Shown here one piece after another: positions 17,298-25,788 of a stretch of DNA of 64,000 nt. Below the pieces are notes generated by a model, which made no database searches, was not told where the DNA came from, and saw only the letters and a program-made list of their open reading frames with translations. Within the stretch, counting starts at the first letter, position 1. The number at the start of each line of letters is the position of its first letter. A program made the position numbers and the translations under genes. The DNA is from Candidatus Woesearchaeota archaeon (lineage in GTDB: Archaea > Nanobdellota > Nanobdellia > Woesearchaeales > 21-14-0-10-32-9): positions 13,480 through 77,479 of the forward strand of contig JBLKOK010000004.1 in the NCBI GenBank assembly GCA_047602735.1. The letters are read 5' to 3'.

Positions 17298-17447
17298 ATG
17301 AATTTTGACGATCTTAAAAATATTGACGTAAACCAAGTAATTGATACAATAAAAAACTATTTTGAAAGCCTTGAAATTGAAGGAATAATTGGTTGGTTAT
17401 GCTTGGTTTTGGGTATAATATTGATTGCAGTAAGTATAATTCTTTAA
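17298..17447 (+). CDS. hypothetical small membrane protein
   Basis: In-frame ATG at 17298 inside track ORF 17247-17447. Single C-terminal TM (IIGWLCLVLGIILIAVSIIL). Weak support. Confidence 0.3.
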   Translation: MNFDDLKNIDVNQVIDTIKNYFESLEIEGIIGWLCLVLGIILIAVSIIL

Positions 17448-17491
17448 AAAAAACAATAATCTTATATACTATTAAAATCAAGGAATGAATT

Positions 17492-17686
17492 ATGGGTCAA
17501 CAAGAAGTTTATGATTTCCTATGTAAAAATAAAGATAAGTGGTTCACTTCAAGAGATATAAGTGAAGCTTTAGGGGTTAGTATAGGCTCTGTTACTATGT
17601 CTTTGAAAAAACTTAGGAAAACAAATCTTATAAAATATAAAAATACTGGCAAACGTAATACTTATTGGTACAGAGTAGATAGTTAG
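17492..17686 (+). CDS. small winged-helix DNA-binding protein
   Basis: 64 aa. SRDISEALGVSIGSVTMSLKKLRKTNLIKY is an HTH plus wing pattern. Confidence 0.5.
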   Translation: MGQQEVYDFLCKNKDKWFTSRDISEALGVSIGSVTMSLKKLRKTNLIKYKNTGKRNTYWYRVDS

Positions 17687-17737
17687 TTGATTGTAAAGCC
17701 AAAACTTTTATATAATTAGTATGTGCTCTTAATTCTT

Positions 17738-19660
17738 ATGATAAAAATAACTCTTCCTGATGGTTCAACAAAAAATTATCCTTCTAAGACTACGGGTTAC
17801 GATGTTGCTTTAAGTATAGCTGAGGGTCTTGCAAGAAATGCGTTAGCTGTTGAAATAAATGGAGAAATAGTTGATCTAAATTCTAATATTCCAAATAATT
17901 CTGAAGTTAGAATAATAACTTTTAGAGATGATGAAGGTGTTGAAATATTTAGACATAGTACTGCTCATTTAATGGCGCAAGCAATTCTAAGGCTGTATCC
18001 AGAAGCAAAGCTTGCTATTGGTCCGGTTATTGAAAATGGTTTTTATTATGATATTGGTCATGCGCCTTTCAAAGAAGAAGACTTATTAAAAATAGAAGCT
18101 GAAATGAAGAAAATAGTAAAAGAAAACATTGAAATTAAAAGAAAAGAAGTTTCTACAAAAAAAGCATTAGAATTATTCAAAGATAATAAGTACAAAGTTG
18201 AAATAATAAAAAACATAGAAGAGTTTGGTGAAGGAAAAACATCTAAATCTGACACTGTAAGTATATATGAACAAGGAGAATTTTTCGATCTTTGTCGAGG
18301 ACCTCACGTTCCAAGAACAGGTATGTTAAAAGCATTTAAACTAACAAAAATAAGTGGTGCTTACTGGAGAGCTGACTCAAACAATGATCAACTTCAAAGA
18401 ATATACGGGATTAGTTTCCCTGATAAAAAACAACTAAAAGAATATCTTCATAAAATAGAAGAAGCGAGCAAAAGAGATCATAGAAAACTCATGAAACAAC
18501 TAGATCTTGTTATGCTTCACGAAACTAGTCCTGGAAGTCCTTTCTTTTTAGAAAAAGGAGCTATAATATATAATGAACTAGTAGATTTTATTAGGTCTGA
18601 ATACAAAAAAAGAGGATATAAAGAAGTTATAACTCCTCAGATGTTTAACAAAAAGCTTTGGGAAATGTCTGGTCACTGGGAGCATTATAAAGAAAACATG
18701 TTTGTATTAAATTCTGAAGGTCAGGAGTTTTCTCTAAAACCTATGAATTGTCCAAGTCACTGTTTAATATTTAACAATAGCACTCACAGCTACAAGGATT
18801 TACCTTTAAGAATAGCTGATTTTTGTGCGTTACACAGAAATGAATTATCTGGAACATTATCTGGTCTTACAAGGGTTAGGAAATTCAGTCAAGATGATGC
18901 CCACATATTTTGTACTTTAGATCAAGTTCAACAAGAAGTTGAAGGAGTAATAGATTTCATAAAATATGTATGGGAAGAAATATTTGGTTTCAATCTTACT
19001 TACTATGTATCTACTAGACCAGAAAAATACTTAGGTGATCCTAATACTTGGGATGATGCTGAAAGAATGCTTTTTACTGCTTTAGAAAAAAATAACATTC
19101 CTTATTCTGTAAAAGAAGGAGATGGCGCTTTTTATGGTCCAAAGATTGATATAGATTTAGAAGATGCTCTTGGAAGAAAATGGCAGTGTCCTACTTGTCA
19201 GCTTGATTTTAATCTTCCTGAAAGGTTTAGCTTAACTTATGAAGGAAGCGATTCTAAAAAACACAGACCTGTAATGATACATAGAGCTATTCTTGGAAGT
19301 ATAGAAAGATTCTTTGGTATAATGATTGAACACTATGCGGGTAAATTTCCTTTATGGATAAGTCCTGTTCAAGTAAAAGTTTTAACTCTTGCAGACAGAC
19401 ACAATGATTATGCTACTCAGGTAATAAATTACTTTAAAGAGCATGATATAAGGGTTGAGCCTGATTTTAGATCTGAGACTATTTCTAAAAAAGTAAGAGA
19501 TGCTCAGTTAGAGCAAGTAAATTATATTTTAGTTGTTGGAGATAAAGAAGTTAAAGATGCTACTGTGACTATAAGAACTAGAGATGGTAACGTAGTTGGA
19601 TCTAAAAAATATGAGTTGGTCTCTAAAGAATTAGTCGAAGAAATTAAATTAAAAAAATAA
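17738..19660 (+). CDS. thrS: threonine--tRNA ligase (bacterial-type architecture: TGS, editing, class II core, anticodon-binding)
   Basis: Starts MIKITLPDGS (TGS domain). Carries the editing motif FRHSTAHLMAQA and core motifs FRDDEG, RVRKFSQDDAHIF and GAFYGPKID. ATG 17738 lies about 25 nt after TATA-like cttttatataat. Confidence 0.95.
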   Translation: MIKITLPDGSTKNYPSKTTGYDVALSIAEGLARNALAVEINGEIVDLNSNIPNNSEVRIITFRDDEGVEIFRHSTAHLMAQAILRLYPEAKLAIGPVIENGFYYDIGHAPFKEEDLLKIEAEMKKIVKENIEIKRKEVSTKKALELFKDNKYKVEIIKNIEEFGEGKTSKSDTVSIYEQGEFFDLCRGPHVPRTGMLKAFKLTKISGAYWRADSNNDQLQRIYGISFPDKKQLKEYLHKIEEASKRDHRKLMKQLDLVMLHETSPGSPFFLEKGAIIYNELVDFIRSEYKKRGYKEVITPQMFNKKLWEMSGHWEHYKENMFVLNSEGQEFSLKPMNCPSHCLIFNNSTHSYKDLPLRIADFCALHRNELSGTLSGLTRVRKFSQDDAHIFCTLDQVQQEVEGVIDFIKYVWEEIFGFNLTYYVSTRPEKYLGDPNTWDDAERMLFTALEKNNIPYSVKEGDGAFYGPKIDIDLEDALGRKWQCPTCQLDFNLPERFSLTYEGSDSKKHRPVMIHRAILGSIERFFGIMIEHYAGKFPLWISPVQVKVLTLADRHNDYATQVINYFKEHDIRVEPDFRSETISKKVRDAQLEQVNYILVVGDKEVKDATVTIRTRDGNVVGSKKYELVSKELVEEIKLKK

Positions 19661-19662
19661 GC

Positions 19663-19866
19663 TTATTTTTTCTTTGAAGATTTATTTTCTTCAAAAGCTC
19701 TCTCATAAGCTTCGTCGCCTTCAGAAGTTCCTTTCTTGTCGTCTTTTACTTCGTTATATCCCTTCATAAATGCTTCTTCTTCTGGGCTTATCTCGTCGTT
19801 TTCAACAAGATCTTCTGTAGCTTCGTCGTCGTAAACTTCATCAAAACCTTGATCTTCGTCTTTCAT
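19663..19866 (-). CDS. hypothetical small acidic protein
   Basis: 67 aa, Asp/Glu-rich, convergent with thrS. No domain recognised. Confidence 0.35.
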   Translation of the reverse strand: MKDEDQGFDEVYDDEATEDLVENDEISPEEEAFMKGYNEVKDDKKGTSEGDEAYERAFEENKSSKKK

Positions 19867-19944
19867 AACTTAAATCGCGTATTAGGGGTTTAAATATTTT
19901 TCTGTAAGAAAATGTTTTTATATCTATAGGTATTTGTAATTATT

Positions 19945-20352
19945 ATGTCGTTTACAAGAATAACTATAATAAGAACTGAAACAACTGATTATAATAATCT
20001 AAATGATCAGCTTAAATGGTTCGGTGCAAGTCTTGGATTGTTTAACTTAAGAGATAAAGATGGGAGTTGTTTTAGGATATTTATTGTTCTTTTAAAGGAT
20101 TTAAAATCTTTAAACAAGGGTCTTAGCAGTGATGAGATTGCGGCTAAAACTCTTTTATCTAGGGGTACTGTTGTTCATCATTTAAACAAACTTATGGATT
20201 CTGGATTTGTAGTTAGTGTTGATAATCGTTATTTTTTAAAAGCAAACAGCATGGAAGAATTAGTTGATGACGTTGAGAAAAATATTTTAAAGTCGTTAAA
20301 ATCCCTAAGAGAAGTAGGAAAAGATTTAGATAAGAATTTGGGATTGAAATGA
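19945..20352 (+). CDS. winged-helix transcriptional regulator (ArsR-like)
   Basis: 135 aa. LSSDEIAAKTLLSRGTVVHHLNKLMDSGFVV is an HTH-wing pattern. Overlaps cbf5 by 4 nt. Confidence 0.6.
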   Translation: MSFTRITIIRTETTDYNNLNDQLKWFGASLGLFNLRDKDGSCFRIFIVLLKDLKSLNKGLSSDEIAAKTLLSRGTVVHHLNKLMDSGFVVSVDNRYFLKANSMEELVDDVEKNILKSLKSLREVGKDLDKNLGLK

Positions 20353-21314
20353 AACTACCGTTTGAAAAATTTAAACAAGAAATAATAATTAAGCATGAAT
20401 CAGAAACTGATGCTTCTAAAGGATGCAATCCTCATGATAGATCTGTTAAAGAGTTATTAGAAAAAGGTATAATTATACTAGACAAGCCTTCTGGTCCAAC
20501 CAGTCATATGGCTGTTGATTATTTTAAAAATATATTGGGTCTGAAAAAAGCAGGACATTCTGGTACTTTAGACCCTGGGGTTACTGGTGTTTTACCTATA
20601 GCTATAGGAAAAGCTACTCGTATAACGCACTCTCTTTTAACTGCTGGAAAAGAATACATTTGCTTAATGCATATGCACAGTGATCATTCGGATGAAGAGT
20701 TAAACAAAGTATTAGAAGAATTTACAGGAACTATAACTCAGCTTCCTCCAAAAAAAAGTGCTGTTAAAAGGCAACTTAGAAAAAGAACGATTTATTATAT
20801 AAAAGTTTTAGATCGGGTTGATAATGATGTATTATTTTTAGTTGGATGCGAAGCGGGAACTTATATAAGAAAACTTGTTCACGATATTGGGCTGGCTCTT
20901 GGTTCTGGTGCTCATATGGCTGAGCTTAGAAGAACAAAAGCAGGGCCTTTTATAGAAGAAGAAAGTAAAACTTTACAAGACATAGCCGATGCATATCATT
21001 ATTACAAGCAAGGCGATGAATCTATTCTAAAAAGCTATCTTCATCCTATTGAAAGAGGTGTTGAACATCTAAGAAAAGTATGGATTCATGATGGTGCTGT
21101 TCAAACAATTTGTCAGGGTGCAAGTCTTAAAAGTCCTGGTGTGTCTAAGATAAGTGCGGATATAAGTGTGGGTGAGCTTGTTGCTGTTATGACTTTAAAA
21201 GACGAGCTTGTAATGGTTGGAGAAGCAAGAATGAATTCTCATGACCTTAAAATTTCTAAAAGAGGAGTTGCAGTAAAACCAAAACAAGTATTCATGGAAC
21301 CTGGAACTTATTAA
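20349..21314 (+). CDS. cbf5: H/ACA RNP pseudouridine synthase Cbf5 (TruB family) with PUA domain
   Basis: 321 aa. Catalytic motif GHSGTLDPGVTGVLPIAIG, plus a C-terminal PUA region (GAVQTICQGASLKSPGV). Confidence 0.9.
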   Translation: MKLPFEKFKQEIIIKHESETDASKGCNPHDRSVKELLEKGIIILDKPSGPTSHMAVDYFKNILGLKKAGHSGTLDPGVTGVLPIAIGKATRITHSLLTAGKEYICLMHMHSDHSDEELNKVLEEFTGTITQLPPKKSAVKRQLRKRTIYYIKVLDRVDNDVLFLVGCEAGTYIRKLVHDIGLALGSGAHMAELRRTKAGPFIEEESKTLQDIADAYHYYKQGDESILKSYLHPIERGVEHLRKVWIHDGAVQTICQGASLKSPGVSKISADISVGELVAVMTLKDELVMVGEARMNSHDLKISKRGVAVKPKQVFMEPGTY

Positions 21315-21592
21315 TCATCAACTGTAAACAAAGTAGAATCATTAACTTTAAACAATCTTATCCTAGCTCCAGCATCAAGCCAGCCATGTGCATAGTTTAG
21401 TGCTCCGTATGCTAAAACATAATCTCCTTTATCTTTAAAATGTTTAGCGTCACTAAAATAGCTCTGTGCCATATTCAAAAAGTCTTTTGCATCTTCTATT
21501 CTTGTTTCATCTAGATTAGTTTTTACCATTTCTAATGCTTTACCTGTCACTTCAAAATATTTTTTTAGTTTTTCATCGGTTATTTCTCTCAT
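21311..21592 (-). CDS. DUF357-family protein
   Basis: 93 aa, helical. AQSYFSDAKHFKDKGDYVLAYGALNYAHGWLDAG matches the DUF357 pattern. Confidence 0.55.
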   Translation of the reverse strand: MREITDEKLKKYFEVTGKALEMVKTNLDETRIEDAKDFLNMAQSYFSDAKHFKDKGDYVLAYGALNYAHGWLDAGARIRLFKVNDSTLFTVDD

Positions 21593-21645
21593 AAAACATT
21601 GTATTTAAGGCAAACTATTTAAATATTAATTATATTATTATACTC

Positions 21646-22641
21646 ATGGAATTTCCACAATCTCATTTTAAGTTTGATCCTTCTAATTTTAGAAGGTTTT
21701 TAGCAGTGCACAGTGACATAATTCAAAGTTATTCTTCAAATCCTAGAAATTTATTGGAGAAATATGATAAGCCTAGTCGTATATTTATTTGTGGTATGGG
21801 TGGGAGTGCTATTGTTTCTGATTTGTTAAATATTTATTTAGCGGAGTTAGAAATAATTAGTGTTCGTGATTATTTTCTTCCAGTTACTGTTAAAAAAGAT
21901 GATTTGGTGATTATTAGTAGTTATTCTGGTAACACTGAGGAAGCTATAAGTTGTTATCGTAATGCTAGAAGGATTGGTTGTCAAGTACTTATTCATACAA
22001 GTGGTGGTAAGTTAGAAGAAACTGCTAAGCAAGCAGGCATTCCTGTTATTTATCTTCCTAAAGGTTATCCTCCAAGAAGCGCGGTGGTTCCTTCATTTTT
22101 CTTATTGCTTAGAGTATTTGAAGAACTTGGTCTTGTTAAATCTAAAAAAGATGATGTTGATAGACTTATTAGTTATCTTCAAAAGACTGATTTTAGTGCT
22201 TTAAGCATTGGTTTGTCTCAAAAGCTTGTTGGTAAGATTCCTATTATTTATAGTTCACATAATTATTATCCTATTGCTTATAGGTGGAAGACTCAGTTTA
22301 ATGAGAATGCTAAGGTCGCGGCGTTTTCTAATTTTTTCCCTGAGTTAAATCATAATGAGCTTGAGGGTTTTAATTTGGAGAATGTTCATGTTGTTATGCT
22401 TAGTTTTGATGATGATTTTAGTAGGATGAAGAAAAGGATTTCTAATACTAAGAATGCTTTAACTACTAATTCTGTTTCTGTAACTGAGCTAGATATTAAG
22501 GGTGAGAAGCTTAACAAGATTTTTAGCGCTTTACTTTTAGGTGATCATGTTTCTTATTACTTAGCTTTGTTGTTAGAAGTCGATCCTTATCCTGTTGATG
22601 TGATTGAGCGTTTTAAGCGTAGTATGGGTCCTTTCATATAA
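21646..22641 (+). CDS. bifunctional phosphoglucose/phosphomannose isomerase (SIS domain)
   Basis: 331 aa with CGMGGSAIVSD, SYSGNTEE and YRWKTQFNENAK motifs. Confidence 0.8.
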   Translation: MEFPQSHFKFDPSNFRRFLAVHSDIIQSYSSNPRNLLEKYDKPSRIFICGMGGSAIVSDLLNIYLAELEIISVRDYFLPVTVKKDDLVIISSYSGNTEEAISCYRNARRIGCQVLIHTSGGKLEETAKQAGIPVIYLPKGYPPRSAVVPSFFLLLRVFEELGLVKSKKDDVDRLISYLQKTDFSALSIGLSQKLVGKIPIIYSSHNYYPIAYRWKTQFNENAKVAAFSNFFPELNHNELEGFNLENVHVVMLSFDDDFSRMKKRISNTKNALTTNSVSVTELDIKGEKLNKIFSALLLGDHVSYYLALLLEVDPYPVDVIERFKRSMGPFI

Positions 22642-22687
22642 ATATTTAAAAGATTATTTGTTTTCTTTTGTTTTAACTTATTTTTTT

Positions 22688-22760
22688 GCCCGATTGGTGT
22701 AGTTGGATATCATATAGCCCTGCGGAGGCTGTGACCCGGGTTCAAATCCCGGATTGGGCG
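22688..22760 (+). tRNA. tRNA-Arg (anticodon GCG)
   Basis: 73-nt cloverleaf read by eye. Acceptor GCCCGAT/ATTGGGC. Anticodon arm TAGCC-CTGCGGA-GGCTG. T arm CCGGG-TTCAAAT-CCCGG. No encoded CCA. Confidence 0.9.
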
Positions 22761-22768
22761 TATTTTAA

Positions 22769-23278
22769 CTATAAGTATTGCTCTATCTCTTTTTTTATTT
22801 CGTCTATTGGCTTTGAAGAATCTATTTTAAGATCATATTTTATTTTTGTTTGTTCTATTTCTTTTTTTAGGTCTAGTAGGTCTTTACTTTTAGTATTTCT
22901 ATATTGTTTATCTCGCTCTAACAATACTTCTATGTCTGCATCTAGCAATATCCATTTATGACTAAAACTATACTCTTTGAAGAGTTCTTCATATTTTGTT
23001 AATAGTTCTTGGTATCTAAATAATCCTTCTATGAATATGTAGTCGTAATTATCTAGTTCTAAAATCTTTAAGATTGTGTTTTTTATTAATTCAAATGATT
23101 GTAGATGCATCTTTTTATCGTTGGCTTTATACTTATTTTGCATTTCTTTTCTGAAGTTGTCTTCTGATATATATGCACAGTCTAATTTTTTATCTAGTTT
23201 TAGTTCTTTAATTAGTTTTTTTGTGATAGTGGTCTTTCCTGATGAAGGAGGTCCTCTAATCATAATTATTTTTACCAC
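22769..23278 (-). CDS. P-loop NTPase/kinase (AAA_33-like)
   Basis: 169 aa with Walker A at the N-terminus (MIRGPPSSGKTTITKKL) and a kinase-like size. Lies between the two copies of the tRNA-Arg 3' repeat. Confidence 0.6.
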   Translation of the reverse strand: MVKIIMIRGPPSSGKTTITKKLIKELKLDKKLDCAYISEDNFRKEMQNKYKANDKKMHLQSFELIKNTILKILELDNYDYIFIEGLFRYQELLTKYEELFKEYSFSHKWILLDADIEVLLERDKQYRNTKSKDLLDLKKEIEQTKIKYDLKIDSSKPIDEIKKEIEQYL

Positions 23279-23326
23279 ATTACCTAATCTATTTTTATTT
23301 TTTTTAAACTTTATTAAATTTTATTT

Positions 23327-23374
23327 GGGATTTGAACCTGAAATGTCCCAAATCCTGGATTGGGCGTATCTTAA
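23327..23374 (+). repeat. partial duplicate of the tRNA-Arg(GCG) 3' end, preceded by an inverted T-arm fragment
   Basis: 23349-23374 (caaatcctggattgggcgtatcttaa) matches 22743-22768 (caaatcccggattgggcgtattttaa) at 24/26 positions. 23327-23338 (gggatttgaacc) is the exact reverse complement of 22739-22750. Confidence 0.75.
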
Positions 23375-23398
23375 GCCTACTTTCGCTAGTAAGATTCT

Positions 23399-23496
<98 letters not shown>

Positions 23497-23554
23497 AAAT
23501 AATACAAATGCCAACAATTAATAATTTTAATCACTTATAAGTAATAAACAAACA

Positions 23555-23568
23555 AAATATTTATATAC
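23555..23568 (+). promoter_or_regulatory. BRE/TATA-like promoter element (aaatATTTATATAc)
   Basis: TATA-like box at 23559-23567, 22 nt upstream of ATG 23589. Confidence 0.45.
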
Positions 23569-23588
23569 TTATATTCGTTTCTTAGGGT

Positions 23589-24299
23589 ATGGATTTTCAA
23601 ATAAAAATAGAAAAATTCAAACCCAAGAATGAGTTTTACGGGTTATTTACTGAACAAATTCCTAAATTAGTGGCTTTAGAAAAGCGCCCTATGTCTATTT
23701 CTGAAATAATGATTAAAAGAATAGAAGCAGATATGACTGGTTCTGTTGGAGTTAAAAACTATTGGCATAATAATTTCTTTGATAGTGGTGATGCATTTCT
23801 TTATCATCCGAGTGGAGATATAAAAGTTGTGCCAACTTTCAAATATTTCTTGAAAGTTAATGAAAATACTAAACTAAAAGAAGGCTTTTTGCCTTTAGGT
23901 AGGAGTGTTAATGAATCTATTGATAAATATAATTCTATTGAGGGTGTTGTTTTTACAAAAGGGGAGTTAGAAAAATTCACAAAGAAAGATGTCGTTTTAA
24001 TGTATTCTTCAAAAGAAGATATAATAAATAATCCTGTTTGGAATGCTGTTGTTTCTGATAAAGATTTACTTAAAGATTATGTTGATATGGCTCATAAAAA
24101 TATACGTTCTATTTTTAAGCAAGATAATTTAATGGATATTGTAATTGGAGAACCTGGAAAATTTGCAGGAGCTAAAAATCTTTCTTTGAAAAACATTGTT
24201 TTATTTGGTAATTCTAATTTACGTGCAGATTACGATTTAAATGATCAAGATGGAGTAGGAAGGTTTATGGGTGTGGATTTAGATAAATCTTATTTTTAA
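23589..24299 (+). CDS. hypothetical protein
   Basis: 236-aa clean ORF with its own TATA-like box. No recognisable domain. Confidence 0.5.
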   Translation: MDFQIKIEKFKPKNEFYGLFTEQIPKLVALEKRPMSISEIMIKRIEADMTGSVGVKNYWHNNFFDSGDAFLYHPSGDIKVVPTFKYFLKVNENTKLKEGFLPLGRSVNESIDKYNSIEGVVFTKGELEKFTKKDVVLMYSSKEDIINNPVWNAVVSDKDLLKDYVDMAHKNIRSIFKQDNLMDIVIGEPGKFAGAKNLSLKNIVLFGNSNLRADYDLNDQDGVGRFMGVDLDKSYF

Positions 24300-24318
24300 A
24301 TTTAAAATCTTCAATGAT

Positions 24319-24984
24319 TTATTTATTTTTTCTTATCATGAAATAAACAAAAACTAAGATGTATGCTATGCTAATAATTGTAAAAGTTATGAGTGCTATT
24401 TGATTTTCTAAAATTGCTTCGCCTATATATGCTTGAATAAATATTAATGGAAGCAGTCCAAGAGATGTTCCTATTATAAATGGCCAAAATCTAAGCTTGG
24501 TAAGTCCTGCTATGTAGCTAAAAACATCAGAAGAAGTAAGAGGATTAACTCTTAGCAAAAATATGGCGTAAACTCCGTATTTCTCCACATATTTATTGAA
24601 TCTAGTTAATTGTTTTTCAGGTATTTTTTTTTCAAAGTATTCTCTAAGTAATGTTTTTGACAAGTAATAAGCTATTGCTGATCCTAATATGTTTCCTATT
24701 AGTATAATTATGCTTCCGTAAACAGATCCAAATATTATTCCTCCTGCTGTATAAAGTAAAATACTGGGTATTGGCGCGACAACAACTTCTAGTGCTATTA
24801 TTAAAATAAATATTATTGTTGCAAATCTTCCAAACTCATTTATTTGTTGAACTACTTCAGAGAGTTCTCCTTGAAATAATAAATAAATTAATCCTCCACT
24901 AAAATAGCTGTAAAAAGAATAAATAATTGTTAAACCCAGTAATGTTAATAATATGTTGTTTTGGTTAAAAATATTTTTTTTCAA
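24319..24984 (-). CDS. DedA/TVP38-TMEM64 (SNARE-associated) family membrane protein
   Basis: 221 aa, polytopic. VVAPIPSILLYTAGGIIFG and NPLTSSDVFSYIAGLTKL are motifs typical of PF09335. Confidence 0.75.
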   Translation of the reverse strand: MKKNIFNQNNILLTLLGLTIIYSFYSYFSGGLIYLLFQGELSEVVQQINEFGRFATIIFILIIALEVVVAPIPSILLYTAGGIIFGSVYGSIIILIGNILGSAIAYYLSKTLLREYFEKKIPEKQLTRFNKYVEKYGVYAIFLLRVNPLTSSDVFSYIAGLTKLRFWPFIIGTSLGLLPLIFIQAYIGEAILENQIALITFTIISIAYILVFVYFMIRKNK

Positions 24985-25691
24985 ACAAACCAGCCTGTTA
25001 TTGCAATCCTACTCTTTTTCACCCCTTGGTTTACGTGTGATACGTAATGCCATTTACCTTTTTGATCTGGTAATTTAAATAAAGTTAGGGCATTAAATTT
25101 AGGTATTTTTACATCTGTAATTTTATCACAGTCGTCATTTAAAAAGGTTAGTAGTCCGCCCCATTGTGGGAGCCAGTCTTTTGTTAGTTGTAAAACAAAT
25201 CCTATATCTCCATTACTTTCATCTGTGTGCGGGGATAAAAAACATCCTTCGCTATATTTAGATGCAAATAAAGTAGCATACCTTGTAAATTTCATGCCAG
25301 TCATCTTATTAAGTGCTTTTAAAAATTCTTCTCCAACAACCCATTTTCTAAATTCGCACTCTCTACAAGTACATTCTTCTATGTGGTCGTTTAATGTTCT
25401 ATAAAAGTGATATGAAAAATCTCCTTTATTGAAAGTTCTTTCTGCCATTAGTCTTTCTTGTATAATTCTATATTTATTTTCTACAAGATTTCTTGTAGTC
25501 ATAAAATCCTGATCTTTATCTGAAAGTGAAACACTATACCACCAATCTAGTGGCATTTCGTAATTTAAAAAATTATAAAGTTCTTCTGCGTATTTTTCAT
25601 CTAAAAAATCTTCTATTACAACATAATTACTTTTTTCAAATTTCTTTTTAATATTAGAATAATCTATTTTGTTATTTAACTTAGGTTTCAT
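24981..25691 (-). CDS. 2OG-Fe(II) oxygenase, Tpa1/OGFOD1-like prolyl hydroxylase family
   Basis: 236 aa. N-terminal YVVIEDFLDEKYAEELYNFL, the HxD motif (SPHTDES), a distal His (WHYVSHV), and C-terminal SRIAITGWF, which resembles the RxSxxxWF of this family. Confidence 0.6.
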   Translation of the reverse strand: MKPKLNNKIDYSNIKKKFEKSNYVVIEDFLDEKYAEELYNFLNYEMPLDWWYSVSLSDKDQDFMTTRNLVENKYRIIQERLMAERTFNKGDFSYHFYRTLNDHIEECTCRECEFRKWVVGEEFLKALNKMTGMKFTRYATLFASKYSEGCFLSPHTDESNGDIGFVLQLTKDWLPQWGGLLTFLNDDCDKITDVKIPKFNALTLFKLPDQKGKWHYVSHVNQGVKKSRIAITGWFV

Positions 25692-25788
25692 GGATTTATG
25701 ATTATACTTATTTTATTTAAATATATTGCTATTTGTTTTATATTTTTTATTTCAATAATAATTAAATACTGATTAGTTACAAAGTATT

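Noticed and set aside
22686-22961. 91-aa plus-strand ORF
   Set aside because: It begins inside tRNA-Arg(GCG) and runs antisense through the kinase gene. The tRNA cloverleaf and the opposite-strand Walker A protein explain the region better.
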